DNA from: Spirulina sp.
GTDB taxonomy: Bacteria; Cyanobacteriota; Cyanobacteriia; Phormidesmidales; Phormidesmidaceae
Length of the DNA stretch: 64,000 nucleotides
Reading direction: 5' to 3'
NCBI GenBank assembly: GCA_044070495.1
Contig: JBIPSI010000002.1
Span: 128,001 to 192,000, forward strand
Shown: positions 43,586 through 52,774 of the stretch, in pieces
How the letters are laid out: every line of letters begins with the position of its first letter
Position numbering within the stretch: position 1 is the first letter of the stretch
Notes under the pieces: generated by a model
Told to the model about the DNA's origin: nothing
What the model saw: the letters and a program-made list of their open reading frames with translations, nothing else
Databases searched by the model: none
Made by a program: the position numbers and the translations under genes

Positions 43586-46105
43586 TTACCCCCTCGCCCG
43601 CCTAGGCCGGACTCTGCGACCCTTGATATCCGTTATTTTTTCCGGTGGATTGTCCTGCTCTGATTCTGACTCATCAAACAGGCGTTCGGTGAGGCGGGTG
43701 AGCAACACTTCCCGCAGTTGGGGGTCGGGGAAGCGCTGAAGAATCTCGTCAATGGAAGGATCGACCTTGGCCTGGTGCTCGTCGCTGGCCCACACCATTT
43801 TGTTGATCTCGCTGCCGTCGGGACGGGTAACGGTGAGGCGGCGGGCCTCGAATCCGCCGTTGTTGTTGGCCTTCACCGAGGCTTGCAGAGCTTCTAGGTT
43901 TTTAAAACGGCGGGAAAGATCGCTGAGGTTTAGCTCAAAGCGGGTCACGTCCTCATCCGTCCAAGATTCGGCGGGTTTGTCGGCAATCACCATGATCACC
44001 GCCTCTAGCCACGGGCGATCCGCCACCGCCTCATCCGCCGCCGCCCTGGCGAAACGGTTGAGGCTGGCCTCCACGCAGTTGCCCAACACTCGGCTGGCCC
44101 GAAACTGAAGGTCTTGGCGCAGTTGGGTGCGGTCGTGATGGACGCCAAAGGCACTGTAGAGCAGGTCTTGGCACTCCGAGAGCAGGGCATCGTAGGCCCC
44201 ATTGATCTCGCGCAGGGCTTCGACCAAACGTTCCCGGTAGGTGCGGGCGGTGGTGCCATCATCGGCCTCGGACACCACAATCGGCGCTAGGCCGCAAGCC
44301 TGGGGCAGGGCGTTAAACAGCAAATCATCCGGCTCCTGGGTAGAGCGCAGGGTTTGCAGCACGGCGCGGGAGGACTCACTCATGCGGCGGGTTTTAAGGG
44401 TGAAGTTGGGCAGCTTGCGAACAAACTGAATCAGCGGCTTCACCACTGACAACACCGTTAGGTTGCGGGTCTTGGCCCGACGGTTCGGCTGACCTGAGCC
44501 ACCCCGCAAAATAGCCTCCAGTTCCCGGAAGACCTGGCTCCTCACCCCGGTCACATCGATGTGCTTCACCGCAAATCGGGCTGGATCTTTGACCAGTAGC
44601 TCAAAATGTTCTGGCCCCAGCACCGGAATAAAGGTGCCCTCTTTGTAGACGCTGACCTCGTCGCTGTAGTGGAGCAGCACCGCCGCTAGCAGCACCGGAA
44701 TGGTGCCCGACTTCATGCCGTAGGGTGGGGCATTCAGGGTTTGGTACAAGTCCCCCAGGGAGCGGGGGGTATCGGTGGTGCTGAGGCAGAATTCGGCCAT
44801 CGCTGTCCAAATGGTGCCCAGGTTTGATTGGCCGAGGGTGGCCCTCACCTTCAAGTCTTGGCCCTCATCCCCCCAGCCCCCTTCTCCCACCTTGGGAGAA
44901 GGGGGAGCCGGATTCTCTTGACTCCCCTCTCCCCGTGGGAGAGGGGCCGGGGGTGAGGGCTCCGGCGGATGAAAGCCCCATTCGCCCTGAGCTTGGCGAT
45001 GAATTCCGGTCTGCTGAAGCACGGAAAAGTACATGGCCACCTCTGGGCCGTAGCCTTCTAGATTTAGCCGCTCAGCGTCGGGGTTCTCCAGCATCGCTTC
45101 GATCAAGATGCGGCGGGCCTTTGCGCCCTGGGTGGTGAGGGTGCGGCGGTTGATCAGCTCATTCCACAGGATGGGGGTTTGGGGGTAGGTGCGGTCGCAC
45201 ACCGCCGACAGCAAGGCATTGAAGTCGGTAACGCTACCGATATCCTGGGGCTGGCCCTCCACCCAACAGGCATTGTGGTGGGTGGCAAAGTTAAAGGCTT
45301 GGGCCAGGGTGTCGTCGAGCAGTTGCTTAAGCTGAAGGCGGCGGTGGCGCACTTCTCGCAGGGCCACTTTGTCGCTTTGCAGAGCGCTTTCGCGGCTGTG
45401 GATTTGACAGAGGGCGCGGTACTCCTGGGCGCGAATCGCCAACAGGGGCAGGTTGGCCGCCGCAATCACCACTAGGGGTTTTCCGTCCACGGTATGGGCG
45501 GGGACGGGGCTGGGGGGCGCATCGCTGAGCCAGTAGACCACCACGCCATCGCAATCGGCCTGGGTGCAGGATAGGGTTTCTAAGTCGCTGGTGGTCGCCA
45601 GGTAGTGACGCTCGAAGTAGCGTAGGGTGCCCGTGCGGTAGCTGTGGCGCTGGGCCACCAGGGGCTTGAGGGGGTAGGTTTCGCTCAGCAGGTCGGCCAG
45701 GGGCAGCGTGTCTTTAGCGATGTAGTCGCTGATCGCCCCTTCCACATCAAAATCCGACCCTTCCCACAGGCGCAGTTCATCCACCGCCCGCCGATAGGTG
45801 ACAATGCCCTGCTGATGGGTGACGCGGTTGATCTGGGCTTCCCAGTGATCCAGGGCATCGGGGTCGGGGGCATCCACTAGGGCCAACTTCACCAGGGGCA
45901 GGGTAGCGCGAAACAGACCCGTGCTGGTGACAAGGTTCAGCAGGCCAATGGTTTTCAGCAGAGCCACGGTGTCGGCCCCCCGGTGCTGGGCATCGGCCAC
46001 CAGGGTTTGGATCTCTAGCCACCGCTGAAGACCGGGCCGCGACCCCATCCCAGCTCCGAGGGATTCCACAAAGTAGTCGTAGAGGTGGTGCAGTTTGAGG
46101 GTTAC
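43586..46105 (-). pseudogene. sspC: SspC-like large protein, C-terminal ~840 aa; N-terminal ATPase region missing
   Basis: LYDYF, RLWEGSDFD, RHSYRTGTLRYF, NELINR and APPYG motifs of the DUF4007-partner protein. No Walker A in the ORF, and its first ~22 codons come from AT-rich foreign DNA. Confidence 0.8.
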
Positions 46106-46171
46106 GAATCTTCTTGAGGATGCCTGCGATATTTCAAGGGTTTCAGGCCCTTCAAACTCGCAATAGGGCAA

Positions 46172-46522
46172 TTAATCTAGGTACCCTTTGTTGTACAAGA
46201 GGCTACAGACCTGACTACAGTAGATCTGTATTTCCACATAATTGGCATTTTGAACAAGTTGTTCATCTTGGAGGCTATCTACTCCAGGAAGTTCAGGGGG
46301 CCATAGCAATTCTAAGGCTTCTTCTTCTTCTTCTTCAATCTCCTGGACTAACTGCTTAGCTTGTCTCAGTAAAATATTGTAGCGCTTGCAGAAGTGAGCA
46401 GAAGGATCTTTCTTAATCAGTTCTTTTTTCCCAAGGCCAGTAGCATTAACAAAAGTACGCTTAGTCTCTGCAAACATACGTTCTATGTGCCTCAATTGCT
46501 CTAGTTTCTTTGCTTTCTCCAT
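46172..46522 (-). CDS. Hypothetical AT-rich protein inside the segment that interrupts sspC
   Basis: 116-aa ORF with an ATG start; no recognisable motif. Confidence 0.55.
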   Translation of the reverse strand: MEKAKKLEQLRHIERMFAETKRTFVNATGLGKKELIKKDPSAHFCKRYNILLRQAKQLVQEIEEEEEEALELLWPPELPGVDSLQDEQLVQNANYVEIQIYCSQVCSLLYNKGYLD

Positions 46523-46778
46523 TGTTTAGTCAATCTCACTTTTTCATTTCTTTTTGAACAAATACCTCTAGGGATAATCCCAACAAATCAGTTAAGTCTG
46601 GGGATATATGTTGTCTTTCATTATCAATAAATCAATTGGATATGTATCAACAATCTAGATATTTGTCTTGAGAAGCGCTTAGATCCCTCATTTTTTATTG
46701 GCCAAAACGCTGCGCTAAAGGTCTGACATTCACATTTTACCGTTGCTCATCAAAAACTGTCCAACGCAGATTCAAATC

Positions 46779-47141
46779 TGAAGTGCAACACTCTGTCTCA
46801 GAGCCGCTGTCAGCCTCGCAGTCATGACCACAACCAGGAACACGGTACAGCGCAGCACAGTAGGCTATAGGTCTCCTTCATAGGCTTAGTATTAACCTGA
46901 GTTCGGGATAAGCCAAAGGCTTCAATCGCTAGAAAACCGCGTTTGGCAACGACGTTGGCCCTCACCCTAAATCCCTCTCCCACAGGGAGAGGGACTTTGA
47001 AACTCTAGCTCCCCCTCTCCCTGTGGGAGAGGGGGCTGGGGGGTGAGGGCTTCCGGGGCATCGGGCCACTGAGCTTAACCCGAACTGAGGTTAGTATTAG
47101 ATCCATGGCTGCAAGCGGATTTGAGCAGGTGTTGCACTTCA
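46779..47141 (-). mobile_element. Internally deleted IS3-family-like element
   Basis: TG…CA ends with a perfect 13-bp IR (TGAAGTGCAACAC) extending imperfectly to about 35 bp. Contains an OrfA-like start, MKETYS. Confidence 0.55.
46895..47091. mobile_element. 197-bp MITE with IS982-like ends, nested in the IS3-like remnant
   Basis: TIRs ACCTGAGTTCGGG and CCCGAACTGAGGT, with an 8-bp target duplication TAGTATTA (46887-46894 and 47092-47099). Carries an internal CCCTCTCCC repeat. Confidence 0.85.
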
Positions 47142-47330
47142 ACCTTGAATTGGCCCAAAGTATTGGGATATTTTACTCGTGGTTTACCCTATGGCACCTC
47201 GAAAAATACAAATCTTATTGAGAATAAGTCTGGCCGTCCAATGGCTCAGACTCTTCAGGTTTATAATAAGACAATTAATCGATTTTTCCCATATTGGGTT
47301 CTCCTTTAACCTGCAACCATTTGTCAGCGA

Positions 47331-47390
47331 TCACCTGAGCACAAAACGGCGATTCACCGCCAAACAATCGGCTAAACGTTGGGAACTCAC
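47331..47390 (-). pseudogene. sspC: Stranded N-terminal stub of sspC
   Basis: GTG start 7 bp after the sspB stop gives MSSQRLADCLAVNRRF, like SspC N-termini that continue RSxNLERD. It then diverges and stops. Confidence 0.7.
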
Positions 47391-47397
47391 TGACCTA

Positions 47398-48309
47398 TCA
47401 ACCCGCAAAATACTTGTTCAGAATAGCCTCAGACATGGTTAGCGGATCGCCTTCGTACTGAAGCTGTAGCAATCCGGCACTGTCTGAAATAAACAGATCT
47501 TCCCGGCGGCGGGCCACCTGTTCGATGGCTTCGGCAATGGCGGCTTCCGAGAGCTTAAACACCCGCCCCGGACTGCCCACCAAATGGGCCAAACGAGATA
47601 CCCCCATGGCCGAGCTTTCGTTTTCAGAAATTCCGGCAAATTCCAAACAGGCCGCCACCACGATTTCGGCGGGCAGGGTTTCCTTGGGGCCAACCTGAAA
47701 CTCGTAGCGCCGCCCATCTCCCACGCTGTAGAGCAGGCGCAGGGCGGTAAAGGGGCAATCAATGGAGTCTTCCGTCGGCCCTTTTTTGCTCTCCTGGTCG
47801 GCATACATTCGCAGAATGCAGCTTACGTCTTTGCGTAGGGAGGAGTCGGCAATGGAGCTACTAAAGCCGTTGGCATAGTCCCGTAGTTCATCGATTAGAT
47901 GCTCTGGGGTAAACTCTGCGGCCTGAAATTCCCCAAAGGCATAGGCCCAGGCCGTGGCGGTGCAGGGAGCCTTGAGCAAATTCCAGTGCAGCAGCCAGAG
48001 ACTCGCTGGGTTCTCTAGGAACGGATCCCAGCCGTCATCATCCAGCAGTTGTTGCCCCAGCCGCGTGGGCACAATCTGACCATCCTTCTCTGTCAAAACC
48101 TTAAAGGCGCTGCACCAGTAGCGAATAGAACGCACCATATTTTTACCCACGCCCAGCAAAACCGGGGCATCTTCGCGCAAGAAAATGTCGGGATCCGCTA
48201 GGGCGAGGTCATAGCCCTTTTTGAGCCAGCCAAAGCGGGGGTGGAAGGTCTCATGGCGGGCGAAGACCGCTGGAGCTTTGGGCTTTTCGGTAATGGCGGC
48301 TTTTGCCAT
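47398..48309 (-). CDS. sspB: DUF4007 protein, SspB-like nicking component of Ssp phosphorothioation
   Basis: FARHETFHPRFGWLKKG, LGVGKNMVRSIRYW and DPFLENPASLWLLHW. Confidence 0.9.
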   Translation of the reverse strand: MAKAAITEKPKAPAVFARHETFHPRFGWLKKGYDLALADPDIFLREDAPVLLGVGKNMVRSIRYWCSAFKVLTEKDGQIVPTRLGQQLLDDDGWDPFLENPASLWLLHWNLLKAPCTATAWAYAFGEFQAAEFTPEHLIDELRDYANGFSSSIADSSLRKDVSCILRMYADQESKKGPTEDSIDCPFTALRLLYSVGDGRRYEFQVGPKETLPAEIVVAACLEFAGISENESSAMGVSRLAHLVGSPGRVFKLSEAAIAEAIEQVARRREDLFISDSAGLLQLQYEGDPLTMSEAILNKYFAG

Positions 48310-48506
48310 GGCTAATAGATCAGATGTATTGCCTAATTATGACTTGTCTGAGGTGTTTTTTCAGTATTTCTCAGCTTGCTCGATGGACATCATCGGAAAT
48401 ACAGACACGCTACAGGCTGAGGTCGTCCTCTGTAAACCGTTGACTATCACCAGATTCGGTAGGATAGGAGCCATCAAGCGTCATTTATGGAGTTTGCCCA
48501 CAATCC

Positions 48507-50546
48507 ATGGCTAAGCTATCGACAGAGCCGCCAACTTACACAGAACTGTGTCAGATCAGTTCTGTGGGTAAGCGCCTGCCAGAAGCCCTCTATGTCCATG
48601 TTTCGGCGCTAACACACCTTGACCCTGCCCTACAGGCGGTGGAGAGAAGGGCGCGATCCAGCACTGCCATGGCGGAAAACGCAACCCTGGTCAAGTTCAG
48701 CCTCAACAAATCGCAAATTGCCTATCTGTTTTACCCAGACTTTGACAGCGAGGCTCACCCCGCCCTCCAGAGCAGCATTCAGATCAACCTAAACACCCTG
48801 AAAGCCACCAGCCGCAACTACAGCACCACCGACAATCCCCCCATTCTCCACCGCAAAGAGACCTTCGTTGCGCCCGACTATCCCCACTACGCCACCTTCG
48901 CCCACCTCACCCAGCAGCAAGTGGCGATGGGCCTGCTAGACAACTCCCGCGAAATCGGCACCCAGTTGAATTGGGAGCGCCGCCTTGCTGAGCAGGGCAT
49001 TGAAATCCATAACCACGCCCTCGCCTGCCCCCTCCCCGTAAGGGCGCACAGCGGTGCGCCCCAACCCAGAACTGCGCCCCAACCTGTCATCCCTAAAATT
49101 CAGCGGCATAAAGCAGCCATCGCCCGCGTCACCGCCTCCAAGCCCGTGCGTCTTGCCGTAGAAGCCGGACTTTTTCCGCCCGACACCACCTATTTCGACT
49201 ACGGCTGTGGCCACGGGGCCGACATAGAGTACATCCACCGCCTGGGCCTCACCAGTTCTGGCTGGGATCCCCACTTTCGTCCAGAGGTTCCCCACGCTTC
49301 CGCCGATGTGGTCAACCTGGGCTACGTCATCAACGTTATTGAAGATACTGCGGAGCGGCGGGAAGCGCTGATTAACGCCTGGAATCTGGCTCAAAAAGTG
49401 CTGATCGTAGCCGCCCAGGTGTTGATTGACGACCGCACCCGTGGGGTGATTGCCTACGGCGACGGCATCATCACCAGCCGCAACACCTTTCAGAAATATT
49501 ACGAGCAGGAAGAACTGAAAGCCTACATCGACCAGGTGCTAGGAGTCGATGCCATCCCTGTGGCCCTGGGCATTTACTTTGTGTTTCGCGACGAAGCCCA
49601 GGCCGAGACCTTCCGGGCCTCCCGGTTCCGCTCCCGCGCCACCGCCCCCCGCATTCGGCTCAAGGTCAGCAAGTTTGAGGAATACCGAGATCGCCTCCAA
49701 CCCTTAATGGATTTCTACACGGATCGCGGTCGCCTGCCCACGGTGGAGGAACTGGGCGCGGAAACCCTGGCCCCCCTCCAGGACACCTTTGGCAGCATCA
49801 AACGAGCCTTCACCGTCGTCCTGCAAGCCACCGATGCGGGGGAATGGGATGCCATCACCGACAAACGCCGCAACGATTTGTTGGTCTATCTTGCCCTCAG
49901 CCACTTCGGCAAACGCCCCAAGTTTAAAGACCTCTCACCCGACCTGCAGGCCGATATCAAAGCCCTCTTTGGCAACTATCAGCAAGCCTGCACCGCCGCC
50001 GACCTAATGCTGATGAGTCTGGGGCGACTGGAATTGATTGAAGAACGCTGTCGGCAAAGTCCGGTGGGTCAGCAGCGGCCCAATTCCCTGTGGGTGCATT
50101 TGTCGGCGTTGGATCAACTGGATCCCCTACTGCGCCTGTACGAAGGCTGTGCCTCCCGCACCCTGGGCCGTCCCGAAGAAGCCACGGTGGTCAAGTTCCA
50201 CGTCCAAAAGCCCCAGATTACCTACCTGGAGTTCTCCAACTTCGACAAAGACCCCCACCCAGCCCTCAAAACCAGCATGGCCATTTCCCTGCGCGATCTC
50301 CACGTTCGCTATCGCGATTACGACCAAGATAACCCGCCCCTGCTGCACCAAAAAGACCAAACTCTCTCCTCGGACTATCCCCACTACGCCAAGTTTGCCA
50401 AGCTCAGCCAGCAGGAACAAAAGTGGGGCTTGCTGGACGATGTGAAGGCCATTTTTGACCGTCGCGGCTGGGAGAAGTGTCTGTTAGACCATGGGGCCGA
50501 ACTGCGGGGGCATCGGGTGGTACGGCGCAAAGAATCAGATTTGTAG
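48507..50546 (+). CDS. DNA phosphorothioation-associated putative methyltransferase
   Basis: IQRHKAAI, FDYGCGHG SAM motif, GWDP, VVNLGYVINVIED, TFQKYY and NPPILHRKE. Divergent from sspB. Confidence 0.88.
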   Translation: MAKLSTEPPTYTELCQISSVGKRLPEALYVHVSALTHLDPALQAVERRARSSTAMAENATLVKFSLNKSQIAYLFYPDFDSEAHPALQSSIQINLNTLKATSRNYSTTDNPPILHRKETFVAPDYPHYATFAHLTQQQVAMGLLDNSREIGTQLNWERRLAEQGIEIHNHALACPLPVRAHSGAPQPRTAPQPVIPKIQRHKAAIARVTASKPVRLAVEAGLFPPDTTYFDYGCGHGADIEYIHRLGLTSSGWDPHFRPEVPHASADVVNLGYVINVIEDTAERREALINAWNLAQKVLIVAAQVLIDDRTRGVIAYGDGIITSRNTFQKYYEQEELKAYIDQVLGVDAIPVALGIYFVFRDEAQAETFRASRFRSRATAPRIRLKVSKFEEYRDRLQPLMDFYTDRGRLPTVEELGAETLAPLQDTFGSIKRAFTVVLQATDAGEWDAITDKRRNDLLVYLALSHFGKRPKFKDLSPDLQADIKALFGNYQQACTAADLMLMSLGRLELIEERCRQSPVGQQRPNSLWVHLSALDQLDPLLRLYEGCASRTLGRPEEATVVKFHVQKPQITYLEFSNFDKDPHPALKTSMAISLRDLHVRYRDYDQDNPPLLHQKDQTLSSDYPHYAKFAKLSQQEQKWGLLDDVKAIFDRRGWEKCLLDHGAELRGHRVVRRKESDL

Positions 50547-50640
50547 GAAACGATGACCGCTCCTCGGCATTCTCGGTAAAAGCCTTAAACTAGACATAGC
50601 CGCTAACGGTGCCTCCTGACAAACCGCCTGAATGCTCGGT

Positions 50641-51279
50641 ATGACTTTAGCCACCTCACAGATTCAGACCGATACCTGGGTAAACGCCACCTGGGAGGAT
50701 TTCACAACCATCATGGACGATCCTCAGTACGAGGAAGGACGGGGCTATTTTGATAATGGCTACATGAGAATTGAAATGGCTCCATTGGGTTCAGGGCACG
50801 GTAGGCAAAACTCTGTCGTATCCAAGGTCATCAGTTTGTTTGGGATGATTCGCAATCTGCGGTTAGTGGAGTTCACCAATTGCAGTTTCTATCAAGCTGG
50901 AGAACGGGGCTGTCAGCCAGATACCGCCTTTTACATTGGGGCTGATTTTCGGCTACCTCCCCAAGATAATTCGCCTATTGATGTGAATGTCTTTGGGCCA
51001 CCCACCCTCGCCATTGAAATCAGCGGCAGCACCTTTAAGGATGATTTGGGTGCCAAACGACTCCTGTATGAGCGGTTGGGCGTAGCGGAATACTGGGTGG
51101 TGAATGTGGCTGAACACGATGTTATTGCCTTTGCCGTTGCCGACCAGCGCAGTGGCGAAGTGCAGACTTCCACCGTATTGCCGGGGCTAGAGATAGGGCT
51201 GGTGGAAGAATCATTGCGCCGATCCACGGTCGAAGACGATAGCACGATCATGCGCTGGCTGATGGAACAGTGGCAGTAG
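50641..51279 (+). CDS. Uma2 family endonuclease
   Basis: IEMAPLGSGH, QPDTAFY, PTLAIEIS and LGVAEYWVV. Confidence 0.92.
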   Translation: MTLATSQIQTDTWVNATWEDFTTIMDDPQYEEGRGYFDNGYMRIEMAPLGSGHGRQNSVVSKVISLFGMIRNLRLVEFTNCSFYQAGERGCQPDTAFYIGADFRLPPQDNSPIDVNVFGPPTLAIEISGSTFKDDLGAKRLLYERLGVAEYWVVNVAEHDVIAFAVADQRSGEVQTSTVLPGLEIGLVEESLRRSTVEDDSTIMRWLMEQWQ

Positions 51280-51823
51280 CGTCAATCCTGAGTTTAGTTG
51301 GCGTCCCTTGTTTCGTAAACGCCCAAATGTCGCCCTTGTGCTGGGGGCCATAGCTAATATGAATCGGGCGATCTGTCCCGTAAAAATAGAGCGAATCAAA
51401 GGGCAACTCTTGGGCCACAATCCACCGCACTAGGTCATCGCTGGATAGGTCGAGAATTTTGAAGTCACAAGCGGCTCCCAAGCGTTCACAGTAGTAGCGT
51501 CCGTTGCGGTTCACCTCATGGGCCATGTGTTGATCCAGGCTGGGGGTGGCGATGCCGTACTTCTTCCCGGTGGTGGGGTCTTTCTTGGCCAACCAGCGCT
51601 TCAGGTCTGCCGAGCAAACGCCGTAGGTAAGCTGGAAGCGCTCTCGGCCAAATTCGTCCATGACTGGGTCAAGGATGACCTGACACAGCGCCTCCAGAGC
51701 AGGCAAGGTTTCCGCTAGATTTTTTGGGAAGGGATCAATCTGATCCGCAAACCGCTGGTAGGTCTGCGTGCAGGTGCAGAACTCGTCCAGGGTCAGATAC
51801 TTCCCTAGGGGCTGGATAGCCAA
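51248..51823 (-). CDS. Peptidase M15-like (Hedgehog/DD-peptidase fold) protein; start uncertain
   Basis: LCQVILDPV…LTYG…DQH…GAACDF…PIHISY supply His/Asp/His zinc ligands. Confidence 0.65.
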   Translation of the reverse strand: MAIQPLGKYLTLDEFCTCTQTYQRFADQIDPFPKNLAETLPALEALCQVILDPVMDEFGRERFQLTYGVCSADLKRWLAKKDPTTGKKYGIATPSLDQHMAHEVNRNGRYYCERLGAACDFKILDLSSDDLVRWIVAQELPFDSLYFYGTDRPIHISYGPQHKGDIWAFTKQGTPTKLRIDATATVPSASA

Positions 51824-51973
51824 AGATCACGATCTCCTGGGTTGTTTTCTGGGTTGTTTTCCTCTTTCACCCTAGGGTAGATCCGCATAGCCGATCAGTC
51901 CTGGGAGTGCCGCGCTAGCACCATGGCCAAAAAAGACAAGGGGGCTGGATTCAAAGTCTCTCTCCCAGAACGG

Positions 51974-52140
51974 GCTACCGCTTATACATAAGTCTCCATG
52001 ACGCTGGATGCCTGGGGTCGATCCCCCCTAGCCCCCCTTGTGAAGGGGGAAACTGGATTCAAAGTCCCCCTTCACAAGGGGGCTTTAGGGGGATCTCCAA
52101 GGACTTGCCGCATGAAAACAAACTGTGTATGAACAGTAGC
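51974..52140. mobile_element. Second copy of the ~166-bp MITE, again inside a CTCTCCC palindrome
   Basis: GCTACCGCTTATACATAAGTC…GTGTATGAACAGTAGC. The internal sequence is closely similar to 43356-43521. Confidence 0.85.
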
Positions 52141-52264
52141 CCGTTCTGGGAGAGGGATTTAGGGTGAAGGTTACAAAAGTGAGATGTCCCCCATTTCGAT
52201 CCCCTGAGTCCGAAGACCGATAAGCCGATAAAATGCTATGGAGTTGCTAAGTCCGTGCCAGGTC

Positions 52265-52774
52265 ATGGCCAAAAAGAGTGCAGGGCTGCTGATGTACCGC
52301 TTTTCTGCTCAAGGAATTGAGGTGTTATTGGTACATTCCGGTGGGCCATACTGGGTCAATCGCCAGTGGCAGGCGTGGTCAATCCCAAAGGGAGAAATTG
52401 ACCCTGGCGAAGACGCCTTTACCGCCGCCCAGCGGGAGTTCCAGGAAGAAACCGGACAGCGGCCTGAGGGTCAGTTTCAATCGTTGCGGGCCGTCCGTCA
52501 ATCGGGGGGTAAGCTGGTGTTTGCCTGGGCCTTTGAGGGCAACTTTGACCCCAACACCCTCCACAGCAACACCTTCACCCTAGAATGGCCCCCCAACTCT
52601 GGGCGGATGCGAGAATTTCCAGAGGTAGACCAAGCGGCCTGGTTTCCTTTAGAGGAAGCGAAACGGCGGATCATCAAAGCCCAAGCCCAATTTCTAGAGG
52701 AACTGGTTACCGTCCTCGCCCAGTCACCGTCCTCCGATGCCCCCACTCCCCCCCATCTTCCCCGTTGCACCTGA
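52265..52774 (+). CDS. NUDIX hydrolase
   Basis: WSIPKGE…[11 protein letters not shown]udix box and FPEVD. Confidence 0.92.
   Translation: MAKKSAGLLMYRFSAQGIEVLLVHSGGPYWVNRQWQAWSIPKGEIDPGEDAFTAAQREFQEETGQRPEGQFQSLRAVRQSGGKLVFAWAFEGNFDPNTLHSNTFTLEWPPNSGRMREFPEVDQAAWFPLEEAKRRIIKAQAQFLEELVTVLAQSPSSDAPTPPHLPRCT

Noticed and set aside
46779..47141. Retron msr-msd RNA
   Set aside because: No reverse transcriptase in the window. TG…CA ends and an OrfA-like start favour an IS3 remnant.
52585..52764. N-terminal extension of RecF
   Set aside because: It overlaps the NUDIX gene. RecF homology begins at the TTG at 52765.
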